DNA of 64,000 bases, from NCBI GenBank assembly GCA_944384375.1, contig CALWTE010000002.1, positions 538 through 64,537 on the forward strand, in the 5' to 3' direction. Both the position numbers and the translations under genes were made by a program. The stretch comes from an uncultured Clostridia bacterium. Its GTDB lineage: Bacteria > Bacillota > Clostridia > Christensenellales > UBA1242. The notes under the pieces were generated by a model. The model searched no databases. It was not told where the DNA came from and worked only from the letters and a program-made list of their open reading frames with translations. Positions 10,218 to 18,542 of this stretch are shown here, piece by piece (position 1 is the first letter of the stretch; each line of letters opens with the position of its first letter).

Positions 10218-11081
10218 CTACCTTTCCCATTTAATAATAGTAATTCTGCCAATTAGTGGTAAATGTTTTGCTCTACCCCTTACAGCATAGGCAAACCCCA
10301 CCATAATTCCCAAAATATGGAACATACAAATCACAGGTATAGCAACAATATTAACGTTTGGAATAAAAGCAAATATCAAATATAGTGGTACAGCGAATAT
10401 CCACAAAACAAGTGCTTGATTTAAATGATATCTAGCATATGGTTCTTCCCTACAAAATATAAACGGTAAAAAAACAAACAAATAACCTAATGCAGAAACT
10501 GTTAAAATCTCAGCCCTAGAATAGTTATGTTTTGCCTTTGACTTTTTAATAGTAGCGTGCGTGCTATCTTCTTTATTTTTATCTGCTACCACACCCGTAC
10601 CCAAATCATTCTGCTCAGCAACTTTGTTTTCTAAAGCATTTTGTGATGCTACCTTTTCTGCTGGTTCGGCTGAATCTATATCAGTATTCGTATAACCATC
10701 TAACTTAGGCAACTCTTTTTTATTCGTAGACGTATCTTCAAGTTTTGTTTGTTCTTCACTAGACGCTTTTTGCTTAACTTTTGTAGTATCTTTTGTTTGC
10801 TTAGTCTTTGTTTTCGCAGCGTTTTTTGTTTTTTTAGTCTTTGCCGTCTTTGTAATAGTTTTAGTCTTGCCTACCGTATGCTTTTGGGCTGCACTTTTAC
10901 TAGAAGATTTCTTTTTGCCACTGCCACTTTCTTTTTCTTTATTCGCAACTTTTACTACTTTTGTGATTTCCTCTTCCTTTTTTGCCCCTATATCACTAAT
11001 ATTTAAATTAACATTTTCTATTTTTGAAGTGTTTTCCACAGTATCATTTTGTTGCTCTTTTGAAACCATTTCATCTGCCAT
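10218..11081 (-). CDS. Membrane protein with DUF4870-like C-terminal domain and long Lys/Thr-rich N-terminal region
   Basis: C-terminal ARYHLNQALVLW plus 3 TM helices is typical of DUF4870. The N-terminal ~190 aa are K/T/S/E low complexity. Confidence 0.65.
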   Translation of the reverse strand: MADEMVSKEQQNDTVENTSKIENVNLNISDIGAKKEEEITKVVKVANKEKESGSGKKKSSSKSAAQKHTVGKTKTITKTAKTKKTKNAAKTKTKQTKDTTKVKQKASSEEQTKLEDTSTNKKELPKLDGYTNTDIDSAEPAEKVASQNALENKVAEQNDLGTGVVADKNKEDSTHATIKKSKAKHNYSRAEILTVSALGYLFVFLPFIFCREEPYARYHLNQALVLWIFAVPLYLIFAFIPNVNIVAIPVICMFHILGIMVGFAYAVRGRAKHLPLIGRITIIKWER

Positions 11082-11136
11082 TTAAAAAACTCCTTTAAAT
11101 GTATTATACTAAAATAGTTTCTTCAAAGCAATTAAA

Positions 11137-11694
11137 TTAACTAAGATTAATTATAGATAAATCAACATTACTAAAAGGAACTGCACTTGCACTTAAGTTT
11201 TGCAAGTTTAACACTGCACCTTGCGGAACAGTAATCACTGAATTACTCGAAAGACTCAAAACATTCCCTGTCGTACCCGTAACGGTAGAAGTCGTCTGCA
11301 TATTCACAGCACCATTAACAGCAAGCCCAGCGGTAACAGTGTTTGCCTCAGCATTTGTAGTTACACTTGCAGACCATGTAACTAAATACGTACCCGCCGC
11401 CAAAGTAATATCAGCGCTGCCTGGTGTATGAGTGATTTTGTTGCCATTAAGCGCTATATTAGTAGAAAAAGGAACGTTACCATTTGCCAGCACTGAAGTG
11501 CTAGCATTTTGAGAAAAAGTGGCATTGTTTACAGTTGTTGTTGCACTACCAGGTATTCCTTGCAGGCCTTGAGGTCCCGCAGGACCTGTCGCACCTCTTG
11601 GCCCCCTAACTACAAATGCTTGTAATCTAGGACAAAAGAAAGGGTCACTACAGCCACAATTATTTTGATTCCAGCAATTGTTATTAAAACACAT
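11137..11694 (-). CDS. BclA-like collagen-repeat spore-surface (exosporium-type) protein with Cys-rich N-terminus and C1q/TNF-like C-terminal domain
   Basis: GXY run GPRGATGPAGPQGLQGIPG followed by ~130 aa of T/S/N/V-rich beta sequence, as in the BclA C-terminal domain. The N-terminus MCFNNNCWNQNNCGCSDPFFC has 5 Cys. Confidence 0.7.
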   Translation of the reverse strand: MCFNNNCWNQNNCGCSDPFFCPRLQAFVVRGPRGATGPAGPQGLQGIPGSATTTVNNATFSQNASTSVLANGNVPFSTNIALNGNKITHTPGSADITLAAGTYLVTWSASVTTNAEANTVTAGLAVNGAVNMQTTSTVTGTTGNVLSLSSNSVITVPQGAVLNLQNLSASAVPFSNVDLSIINLS

Positions 11695-11858
11695 AATAAA
11701 CTCCTTGTATTTAGCCCCCGACTAGCCTATTGCCAGTGTATGAAATTTGAATAAAAAAAGTGAAACCACTATCTATACTATCTATATATTTATATAAGCA
11801 TCATAGTATCAACTTAATTAAAATTTATTACTCTTATTCTTTTTCTTTATAACTCATA

Positions 11859-12308
11859 TTATAAATAAATTATTCTTTTATTTGCTTTTTCTGCATATTT
11901 TACCATTCTAAAAGCCCCGCTTTTATATTCATTTACTATACGACAAACTAAAACATCACAATTATCAACAATCCACTCATTACGCTTTATAATTTTTTGT
12001 TTAAAGTGATATTCTTCAATATTTGGGAAAATTGAACCATCAAAATTTTCTGACACTTCATATTTTTCTTTATCAGGGTGGTAATAAGTTAAAATTTTAA
12101 ATATTTTTATATAAGGATATCTATGCTTTAATGAAATCACGCAACTAGCACATAACTTGTCAAAAGCTCCTTTATCCCCATCATAAAAAACAGTGTAGCC
12201 TTCTAATATCAAATTTTCTATTACATTTCTTAATCTATCTTCAATTTTTGCAGAATAAATATCCAATCTATGCCCTGCAAAACATACTCTTTTTTCTTCT
12301 AAATCCAT
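11859..12308 (-). CDS. DUF1273 / YpsA-type SLOG-domain protein
   Basis: VCFAGHR...YDGDKGAFDKL...RNEWIVDNCDVLVC fits the DUF1273 pattern. The likely start is the ATG at 12306-12308 with GGAG 8 nt upstream. The ORF-track start at 12371 lacks an RBS. Confidence 0.7.
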   Translation of the reverse strand: MDLEEKRVCFAGHRLDIYSAKIEDRLRNVIENLILEGYTVFYDGDKGAFDKLCASCVISLKHRYPYIKIFKILTYYHPDKEKYEVSENFDGSIFPNIEEYHFKQKIIKRNEWIVDNCDVLVCRIVNEYKSGAFRMVKYAEKANKRIIYL

Positions 12309-12431
12309 TATTTTTATCTCCTTTTTATTTTTGTAGCATTTTATTATAGCACTTTTTACAAAAATTACCACTCTATAATTGGGTATTTTTTAAAAATAAA
12401 AGAGATAAAATAAAAATTAAGGAGAAATATT

Positions 12432-12674
12432 ATGCAATTACGAAGAGCAGTAGCAATGCGAATAAGTGATTTATTAATTCAAAATAATTTAAGCCGTTAT
12501 GCTCTTTGTAAGAAAATCGTTATGCCTGAACAGACTTTAAAAAACATAATAGATGAACGTAACAAAGACGTACAACTAACCACAATTGCTAAAATTGCTG
12601 ATGGGTTTGGAATGTCTCTAGAAGAATTTTTTAATGATAAATTATTTAAAAAAGAAGATTTAGAATTTGAATAA
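12432..12674 (+). CDS. XRE-family helix-turn-helix transcriptional regulator (80 aa)
   Basis: Small HTH protein (LSRYALCKKIVMPEQTLKNI...TTIAKIADGFGMSLEEFF). GGAG RBS. Divergent from the SLOG gene. Confidence 0.75.
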   Translation: MQLRRAVAMRISDLLIQNNLSRYALCKKIVMPEQTLKNIIDERNKDVQLTTIAKIADGFGMSLEEFFNDKLFKKEDLEFE

Positions 12675-12693
12675 TAAACTTTTTACTTTTAAT

Positions 12694-12725
12694 AAAGAAG
12701 AAAAAACGCTCGCTTTTTCTTCTTT
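12694..12725 (+). terminator. Hairpin terminator after the XRE gene
   Basis: 12-bp perfect stem AAAGAAGAAAAA / TTTTTCTTCTTT with an 8-nt loop, 20 nt after the stop. Confidence 0.5.
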
Positions 12726-12789
12726 ATATAATATTTTAAATTTGATAGTATTAACAGAAAAGTTCTAAAGAACTTATAAAAAATATCAA

Positions 12790-12859
12790 CGTCTAGCAAA
12801 CAGAGTCCCGCCCTAAAAACTCCGTAAAAATAAAAAAATGGAGCTAACGGCGGGACTCG
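12790..12859 (-). repeat. Copy 1 of a ~70-nt direct repeat; includes a 21-nt pseudo-tRNA fragment (3' end of tRNA-Thr, 12839-12859)
   Basis: CGTCTAGCAAACAGAGTCCCGCC...TGGAGCTAACGGCGGGACTCG is near-identical to 12972-13040. It carries only the T-arm 3' strand, acceptor 3' strand and CCA. Confidence 0.85.
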
Positions 12860-12971
12860 GTTCTGCGCCAACTAGCAAGGGATAAGACAAATTTATTTGG
12901 ATTAGACTTGCGACGTTGATTGAACGCAAGTTCAAACGTCGCGGGTTCGCACACTAAAAGTGTGCAGTTTG

Positions 12972-13040
12972 CGTCTAGCAAACGGAGTCCCGCCAAAAAC
13001 TCCGTAAAAATAAAAAAAATGGAGCTAACGGCGGGACTCG
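12972..13040 (-). repeat. Copy 2 of the ~70-nt direct repeat (overlaps the 3' 21 nt of the intact tRNA-Thr plus its downstream flank)
   Basis: Differs from copy 1 by a few substitutions and indels by eye. Spacing between copies is about 182 nt. Confidence 0.85.
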
Positions 13041-13095
13041 AACCCGCGACCTGATGATTACGAATCATCTGCTCTACCAACTGAGCCACGTTAGC
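13020..13095 (-). tRNA. tRNA-Thr (anticodon CGU), CCA encoded
   Basis: Reverse complement folds as a cloverleaf: acceptor GCTAACG/CGTTAGC, D-arm GCTCAGTTGGTAGAGC, anticodon stem GATGA/TCATC with loop TTCGTAA, T-arm GCGGG-TTCGAGT-CCCGC, then TCCA. Confidence 0.93.
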
Positions 13096-13204
13096 ATAAT
13101 AAATATTTAATTATAACTTAAAGTTAAGTGTAGTTTAATACTATCATAAAATAAGAATATTTTCAACTAATTTTAAAAAACAATTTCATTTTTATTATTA
13201 AAAC

Positions 13205-13239
13205 AAAAAATACACCCCATAGTCTTAGGTGTATTTTTT
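13205..13239 (-). terminator. Intrinsic terminator after plsC-type gene
   Basis: AAAAAATACACC...GGTGTATTTTTT hairpin with T-run, about 40 nt after the stop at 13275. Confidence 0.6.
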
Positions 13240-13274
13240 GTTATGAAATTCTATATCTTTTAATAATTTATATT

Positions 13275-13931
13275 TTAAGAATGTGTTGCGTGGATTTCTT
13301 TTTCAAGTTTTGCACGTTTCTTTTCGGGTAGCTTTGCGATGTAATCACTGCGGAGTTTTTGCATTTCTTCTAAAACTTTAGCACTAACTTCGTTTAAAAT
13401 TTCTTTTGTTGGTTTTTGCCCTTGATAAGCAGATAAGTCTATCGGTTCGCCTGCTATGATTTTGTTGCATCTAAAAATTTTAGGTTTCCTTAATAACACT
13501 ACAGGTATAAGTGGCGAATTTGTTTTTAAAGCAAACAGAGCCATACCATTTTTTAGAGCATCGGCTTCTTCAATAGAAGTTTTCCTTGTGCCTTCAGGGA
13601 AAATTATCATTTGATTTTCGGCTTCTAATAATTTTATTGCGGTTTTAATAGTACTTATGCCGACTTCTTCCCTATTTACAGGTATTGCGCCTAAGTGTCT
13701 CAAGATAAAGCCCAAAAACTTATTGTTAAACAACGTATGTTTTGCTAGAATGCAACTTTTCCTATGGTTATGAATTGCTAAAATAACTATATCCATATTA
13801 GACATATGGTTACAAGCCAATATTGCACGATTTTTTGTGCGGAAATTTTTCTTATTAATCACCGTTGTTGGATAAAATACCTTGAGTGGTATATATAATA
13901 AACACCAACAAAACCAATAAAAAATTGCCAA
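13275..13931 (-). CDS. plsC: 1-acyl-sn-glycerol-3-phosphate acyltransferase (PlsC family)
   Basis: HX4D motif NHMSNMD and FPEGTR motif. 218 aa. Confidence 0.85.
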   Translation of the reverse strand: MAIFYWFCWCLLYIPLKVFYPTTVINKKNFRTKNRAILACNHMSNMDIVILAIHNHRKSCILAKHTLFNNKFLGFILRHLGAIPVNREEVGISTIKTAIKLLEAENQMIIFPEGTRKTSIEEADALKNGMALFALKTNSPLIPVVLLRKPKIFRCNKIIAGEPIDLSAYQGQKPTKEILNEVSAKVLEEMQKLRSDYIAKLPEKKRAKLEKEIHATHS

Positions 13932-13958
13932 CTCTACCCTTCCTTTATATATATTATA

Positions 13959-14666
13959 TTATAATGATAATATATAATTTATTTCTTCTTGTGTCAATTC
14001 TCTGCTATGTCCTATCGGCAAATCGCCTAAGTTTAATTTACCGATTGCAATACGGCGCAAAGTCTCTACCTTGCTCCCCACTGCTTCAAACATTCGTCTA
14101 ATTTGCCTATTTTTGCCTTCGTGAATCACGACGCGATACGTTGATTGCCCTAACTGTTGCTTTTCCAAATCAATTTGCGCGGGGCTAGTTACAAATCCGC
14201 CTATATCCACCCCGTTACGCAACTTTTGCAAATCTTCATTAGACAACTGCCCATTAATCGTCGCTAAATACACTTTATCTAATTCAAAACTAGGGTGAAT
14301 CAACTTTTGGGCTGTATCGCCGTCATTTGTTAGGAGCAAAAGCCCACTAGTTTCATAATCTAGTCTACCTATCGGCCAAATTCTTTTTTCCATTTTTGGC
14401 ATACAATCAATAACCGTACGTCTGCCATAAGGGTCTTTTACTGTTGTAACGACACCGACAGGTTTATTCAACATATAATAGACAAAATTTCCCCTAATTC
14501 TAATAGGTTTATTATCTAGCGTAACCAAATCACGGTTTTCGTCAATTACAGTACCTAATTTTCTAACAACTCTAGCATTTACTCTAACTCTGCCACTTTG
14601 GATAATGTCGTCGCACTTTCTTCTGCTATCCACGCCCGCTAGAGCCATAAATTTGTTTAATCTCAT
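13959..14666 (-). CDS. rluB: Pseudouridine synthase, RsuA/RluB family (S4 domain plus catalytic domain)
   Basis: N-terminal S4 (MRLNKFMALAGVDSRRKCDDIIQSGRVRVN). Catalytic motif GRLDYETSGLLLLTNDG. Confidence 0.85.
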   Translation of the reverse strand: MRLNKFMALAGVDSRRKCDDIIQSGRVRVNARVVRKLGTVIDENRDLVTLDNKPIRIRGNFVYYMLNKPVGVVTTVKDPYGRRTVIDCMPKMEKRIWPIGRLDYETSGLLLLTNDGDTAQKLIHPSFELDKVYLATINGQLSNEDLQKLRNGVDIGGFVTSPAQIDLEKQQLGQSTYRVVIHEGKNRQIRRMFEAVGSKVETLRRIAIGKLNLGDLPIGHSRELTQEEINYILSL

Positions 14667-14690
14667 AAAATTGCCTCGTTAAGTAAAACT

Positions 14691-15857
14691 TTAACTCAAA
14701 ACTTCCCATTTGTCCAAAATGTCTTTTACTTTGTCTTTTAAAAGTTTTGAATCTACTTCATCTATTGTATATATTTTTTCGCTAAAAATCAAGTGTTTGT
14801 CGTAATAAACTTTTACTTCACCCACAACTTGCCCCGATTTAACTGGCGCGCTTAGAATTTCAGGCAAGTCATATTCGGTCGTGATTTTAGAATATTCTTC
14901 TTCGGTTAATGGCAATGTAAGGCCTTTTTTAGAGTATACTTGCACAGTTGGAGTTTCGCCGTTGCCTAACGGAATGTCTGCCACAAACTTATACGGCTCT
15001 AAAATTTCATAACTTTTATATTTTTGATAAACAGCATTTATCATTGCCGCACTTTCTTCAAACATAGGCCCACAATTTAATACCACACAAACAACACGCA
15101 AGCCATCACGTTCGGCAGCACTAACAAGGCACCTACCAGCTTTGCTAGTGTAACCTGTTTTAACACCGATACAGCCTTCCAAACTACTTAAAAGCCTATT
15201 TTTGTTAGACAAAAAACGGTAGCCTTCTTCTTTGCTCGGAATTTTTATATTCTTAGTTGATACAATTTGTGCAAAATCTTCATTATTTAGTGCATAAGCC
15301 GTGATTTTTGCCAAATCTCGTGCAGTTGTGTAGTGATTTTCGTTATCTAAGCCGTGCGGATTCGCAAAATTTGTATTTTCCGCCCCCGCTTTTTCGGCTG
15401 TTTTATTCATAAGTGTAGCAAACTCGTCTACACTGCCCGCCGTATAAATTGCCAGAGCCACCGCTGCGTCGTTTCCACTACGCAACATTAAGCCATATAA
15501 GAGTTCACGAACGGTTAAAACTTCGCCTTCACGCAGATAAATGCTTGTCCCTTCAATTCCAACCGCACGTTTGTCTATCTTGACTTCAGCATCTAAATCT
15601 TGACAATTATCTATTACCGTAATCGCAGTAGCAATTTTTGTCGTACTAGCCATAGCACGTTTTGCATCTGCATTTTTTGAATAGAACACTCTGCCACTAT
15701 CTGCATCAAACACAAAAGCAGAACCTGCCGAACTGCTAGCCGAAATACTTGCCTTTGGCAGAACGTCTTCCACTGTACCAGCAAAAGCCATTTCGTCAAC
15801 AAACATAAAAACTGCAATCAATAAAACTAAAATACTGAAAAATATTGTTCTTTTCAA
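14691..15857 (-). CDS. D-alanyl-D-alanine carboxypeptidase (S11 PBP, DacB/DacF-like)
   Basis: Signal peptide. SxxK (ASTTK), SxN (SGND) and KTG (KTGYT) motifs. C-terminal PBP5-C-like domain. Confidence 0.88.
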   Translation of the reverse strand: MKRTIFFSILVLLIAVFMFVDEMAFAGTVEDVLPKASISASSSAGSAFVFDADSGRVFYSKNADAKRAMASTTKIATAITVIDNCQDLDAEVKIDKRAVGIEGTSIYLREGEVLTVRELLYGLMLRSGNDAAVALAIYTAGSVDEFATLMNKTAEKAGAENTNFANPHGLDNENHYTTARDLAKITAYALNNEDFAQIVSTKNIKIPSKEEGYRFLSNKNRLLSSLEGCIGVKTGYTSKAGRCLVSAAERDGLRVVCVVLNCGPMFEESAAMINAVYQKYKSYEILEPYKFVADIPLGNGETPTVQVYSKKGLTLPLTEEEYSKITTEYDLPEILSAPVKSGQVVGEVKVYYDKHLIFSEKIYTIDEVDSKLLKDKVKDILDKWEVLS

Positions 15858-15863
15858 TTTTTG

Positions 15864-16286
15864 TTACTCCTTTTCTTTTTTAACGCTCTTTTTTGCAACC
15901 GTTTTTAAATAATCGGACAACGCATCACCGACTTTTGTCATAATGTTTGCCCACGCGTTTTCGTTTTGAATAGTTATTAATTGATGTTCTCCTTTACTTA
16001 CAATCAAAAAGCCCATAGGTTCTGCAGTAAAGCCCGCACCCGTTCCCCCAGCAAATGGGTAACTGTTATTTGTCTTGCGTACTATCATTTTGTTGGCATA
16101 TTGCCCACCGCCAGCGACTACACCTAATGTTATTTTTATAATAGGATACGCAACCACGCCGTCACCCATATCTAAGGCTTTCCCTACAATTGTATCCATA
16201 TCCACATACATTTTGATATTTTTTAATGCTTCACTTACAAGACTCGCAATCGGGTTAGCGGTTTTGTCTTCTTTCAAAATTTTCAT
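15864..16286 (-). CDS. ytfJ: Sporulation protein YtfJ (GerW family)
   Basis: 140 aa. PIIKITLGVVAGGG...GGTGAGFTAEPMGFLIV matches the GerW/YtfJ pattern. Confidence 0.8.
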   Translation of the reverse strand: MKILKEDKTANPIASLVSEALKNIKMYVDMDTIVGKALDMGDGVVAYPIIKITLGVVAGGGQYANKMIVRKTNNSYPFAGGTGAGFTAEPMGFLIVSKGEHQLITIQNENAWANIMTKVGDALSDYLKTVAKKSVKKEKE

Positions 16287-16938
16287 ACACTTTTACCGTC
16301 CTTTTAGTTCTCAATTTCGCCCTTATGTAACTTATCACAAACATAAGTGGCGTAACAATTACGCTAGCATAAGTAGCAAACTTCATTTCGTTACTCGTAG
16401 TATTTGAATCTGTGCTAATATAAGCCTTAAAATCACGTTTTAAAGTATAGAGCATTCCATACAAACAGTATATAAAATTTAAAATAGTACCGTTTATTAG
16501 ACTTGTTGTATACGCATCATCTTTTTTGCCTGCTTCTACAAAGATACTAATTTCGCGAATTTTTATATACCGAAAAACGCAAGTTATAAAGTTTTCCATA
16601 AAAATTGCTTTTTCGTCTATGATTTTTAGTTGAATTTGCTTTTCTTTCTTTCGCTTGATAATTGTGATGGCGCTTTTTCTTATTTCTATTTGGAAACAAG
16701 TTATCGGTATCCCCCAAATACTCAGTAAAATTACGCCTAGGTTTTGCTTAACGTTAAAGTAAATTCTGCAACTTAAAAAAAGTGGCAAAACTAAGATTAT
16801 CAGCAAAATGACAGAAATTAAAATTACGATTAAATACCACTGCATACGCATATTTTGTGTGAAAGTGTTAAAAAAATACCAAAAATTTACAAGTTTTTTT
16901 TGGTTTTTTGTTGGATTATATTGTAACTTCTGTGCCAC
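16255..16938 (-). CDS. DUF2953 / YtfI-like membrane protein (start uncertain)
   Basis: Sits directly upstream of and overlapping ytfJ, as ytfI does in Bacillus. N-terminal TM helix after MRMQWYLIVILISV. The true start may be one of the internal Met codons near 16845-16851. Confidence 0.6.
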   Translation of the reverse strand: MAQKLQYNPTKNQKKLVNFWYFFNTFTQNMRMQWYLIVILISVILLIILVLPLFLSCRIYFNVKQNLGVILLSIWGIPITCFQIEIRKSAITIIKRKKEKQIQLKIIDEKAIFMENFITCVFRYIKIREISIFVEAGKKDDAYTTSLINGTILNFIYCLYGMLYTLKRDFKAYISTDSNTTSNEMKFATYASVIVTPLMFVISYIRAKLRTKRTVKVYENFERRQNR

Positions 16939-17002
16939 TATTTTCGTATAAATATTTTACTTCTATTATTTTTTGATATTCATTTTCAACTAATATAGCC
17001 AT
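16916..17002 (-). CDS. Small ORF, 28 aa (MAILVENEYQKIIEVKYLYENSGTEVTI)
   Basis: Perfect AGGAGG 5 nt upstream of the ATG. This RBS overlaps the TAG stop of the preceding 98-aa gene. Too short for the ORF track. Confidence 0.4.
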   Translation of the reverse strand: MAILVENEYQKIIEVKYLYENSGTEVTI

Positions 17003-17011
17003 ATAGTCCTC

Positions 17012-17308
17012 CTAATCAACCAAATCAATTTCTTTTGCTTTGATTTTTGTGACTGTTTTAGAGCCATTTAGTATATTAGCAAGATAATCTAACACACCTT
17101 GTAATGTGCTTGCATTACCAAATTCCGGCTTAGAAGTTACAGAAATTGCGGTAGCACTGTTTGTAATTGCATCTGTAATTGCTTTTTGAGACATTAATTC
17201 AGTTGTGCTTTGTCCCTTTTCTTGTTGTATTTGTCCATCTTGCAAAAGGGAATTCATTTGTGTTGTAGTTAAAGGCTCAGAAGTTGTAAAAGTTATATTT
17301 TTAGGCAT
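17012..17308 (-). CDS. 98-aa protein with phage fibre N-terminal-type motif (GQSTTELMSQKAITDAI)
   Basis: My recollection is that the GxSxxxxMSQKAxTD string recurs at N-termini of phage tail-fibre and spike proteins. GGAG RBS. Confidence 0.5.
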   Translation of the reverse strand: MPKNITFTTSEPLTTTQMNSLLQDGQIQQEKGQSTTELMSQKAITDAITNSATAISVTSKPEFGNASTLQGVLDYLANILNGSKTVTKIKAKEIDLVD

Positions 17309-17434
17309 AATAATCTCCTTTTTAATTAATTTTTATGTTTTTTGTCAAAAATCGTCAAGATTGTTATCAATTTGTAATTGATTATAATGTAGAGTTATGA
17401 TATACTAAATGAAAAAATAGAGAGGTACAATAAT

Positions 17435-18067
17435 ATGAAGAAAGCATTAATGGCTAGTGTTTTGTCAATATTTTTAGGTGTGGGTGTTTTGTTTGGCGGT
17501 TGTGGTAATAATACTATTTCTAATGATTTAAGTGAAATTAATATACAAATCACTGAATTGCAACAGCAAATCACATCATTAACCCAAACCATATTAGAGT
17601 TGCAAACTGAATTGCAAAATGCAAAAGGTGATATATCTAGTTTACAATCTCAACTTGCTATTGCATCTGCTAATTATGATAAGTTGTATAATCAAGTGTA
17701 CGGTGAGCAAAATTCTTATTATAATATAGGTGAAACATTTAGTTATTCAATTAGTGGTATTAAGTTGTTTGATTTAACTTTAGAAAGTGCTACTTATGGT
17801 TTAACTTCTCGTTTCCATTATATTAACTACACATTTTATAGTTATGTCAGTGGTTTAACTAGTTTAGACAATGAAAATCTTAATTTAAGTATTTTATTTT
17901 ATGATTATACAACAAACCAAACTTATGAAGTTTCTAGAATAACAGAACAGATAATTACATTCACTTTAGACATCCCCGATGAAACAAGAGTAGGGTTGAT
18001 ATATTTATATCAAGGTGGAACTATTGCAAGTATTTTTGAAGTTAATTTTGACGAGCTTTCGAGTTAA
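17435..18067 (+). CDS. Lipoprotein with N-terminal coiled coil (210 aa)
   Basis: Signal plus lipobox LFGGC. Heptad-like ITELQQQITSLTQTILELQTELQNAKGDISSLQSQL. GAGAGG RBS. Confidence 0.7.
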   Translation: MKKALMASVLSIFLGVGVLFGGCGNNTISNDLSEINIQITELQQQITSLTQTILELQTELQNAKGDISSLQSQLAIASANYDKLYNQVYGEQNSYYNIGETFSYSISGIKLFDLTLESATYGLTSRFHYINYTFYSYVSGLTSLDNENLNLSILFYDYTTNQTYEVSRITEQIITFTLDIPDETRVGLIYLYQGGTIASIFEVNFDELSS

Positions 18068-18371
18068 AACGTAGTCCATTCTCAAGAGTTAATTCGTTAC
18101 TAACTATTTCGTAGCGAGTTAACTCTTCTTCTTTTTTGGAACGACTATCTACAAAAGTACCTAGATAAATTTCAGGATTGCCAAACCAGTCTGTCTCAAT
18201 ATACGATTTACCATCTGCATATTCAGAGAGAATAGAATTAGCAATTTCTTCTGCTTTTTCTTTACCATAAATACTTGCACTATCTAATTCAAATTCTACA
18301 ATGCCATTTCGTTTTTGGCTAACAATATTGTCTAAATTTAGGTACTTATCTTTTGAATAATTTATGAACTT
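18042..18371 (-). pseudogene. Start-less 109-codon open frame: C-terminal fragment of a phage tail/baseplate-like protein
   Basis: Open from the TAA at 18372-18374 to the TAA at 18042-18044, with no in-frame ATG, GTG or TTG. Translation reads ...IVEFELDSASIYGKEKAEEIANSILSEYADGKSYIETDWFGNPEIYLGTFVDSRS...YEIVSNELTLENGLRF. It overlaps the 3' end of the convergent lipoprotein gene. Confidence 0.45.
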
Positions 18372-18542
18372 TTATATCAAAAAATCTGACTATTTTAAAA
18401 ATCGCACTGGCTCTAATTTATATAAAAGAACAAAAATTTTGCAAACAAATAATATAACTACGGAAAAGTGAACATTGACTTTCAGTAAAGTACCAAACCA
18501 ATATTGTGTTTTTTATCGTAAAATAAGTGTTTTTTATAATAA

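Noticed and set aside
12689-13089. Track ORFs 12689..12871 (60 aa) and 12844..13089 (81 aa) on the minus strand
   Set aside because: They are read-throughs of the tRNA-Thr gene and its duplicated 3' fragment. The peptide ...VAGSSPAVSS... is the translated T-arm and acceptor. They have no RBS, and the region is fully explained by the RNA gene and the repeat.
12839-13095. Possibility of a tmRNA or a second long-arm tRNA spanning the two tRNA-like 3' ends
   Set aside because: The fragment at 12839-12859 has no complementary T-stem 5' strand (GCAGAACCGAGTCCCGC cannot pair). It has no D or anticodon arms, and the acceptor is Thr-type, not the Ala-type G3:U70 expected for tmRNA. No tag-peptide frame was seen.
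16852-16938. N-terminal 29 residues of the DUF2953 ORF from the GTG at 16938
   Set aside because: The extension overlaps the better-supported 28-aa ORF in another frame and has no RBS. The hydrophobic N-terminus expected for the family begins at MRMQWYLIV. The start remains uncertain, so the feature keeps the track coordinates with a caveat.
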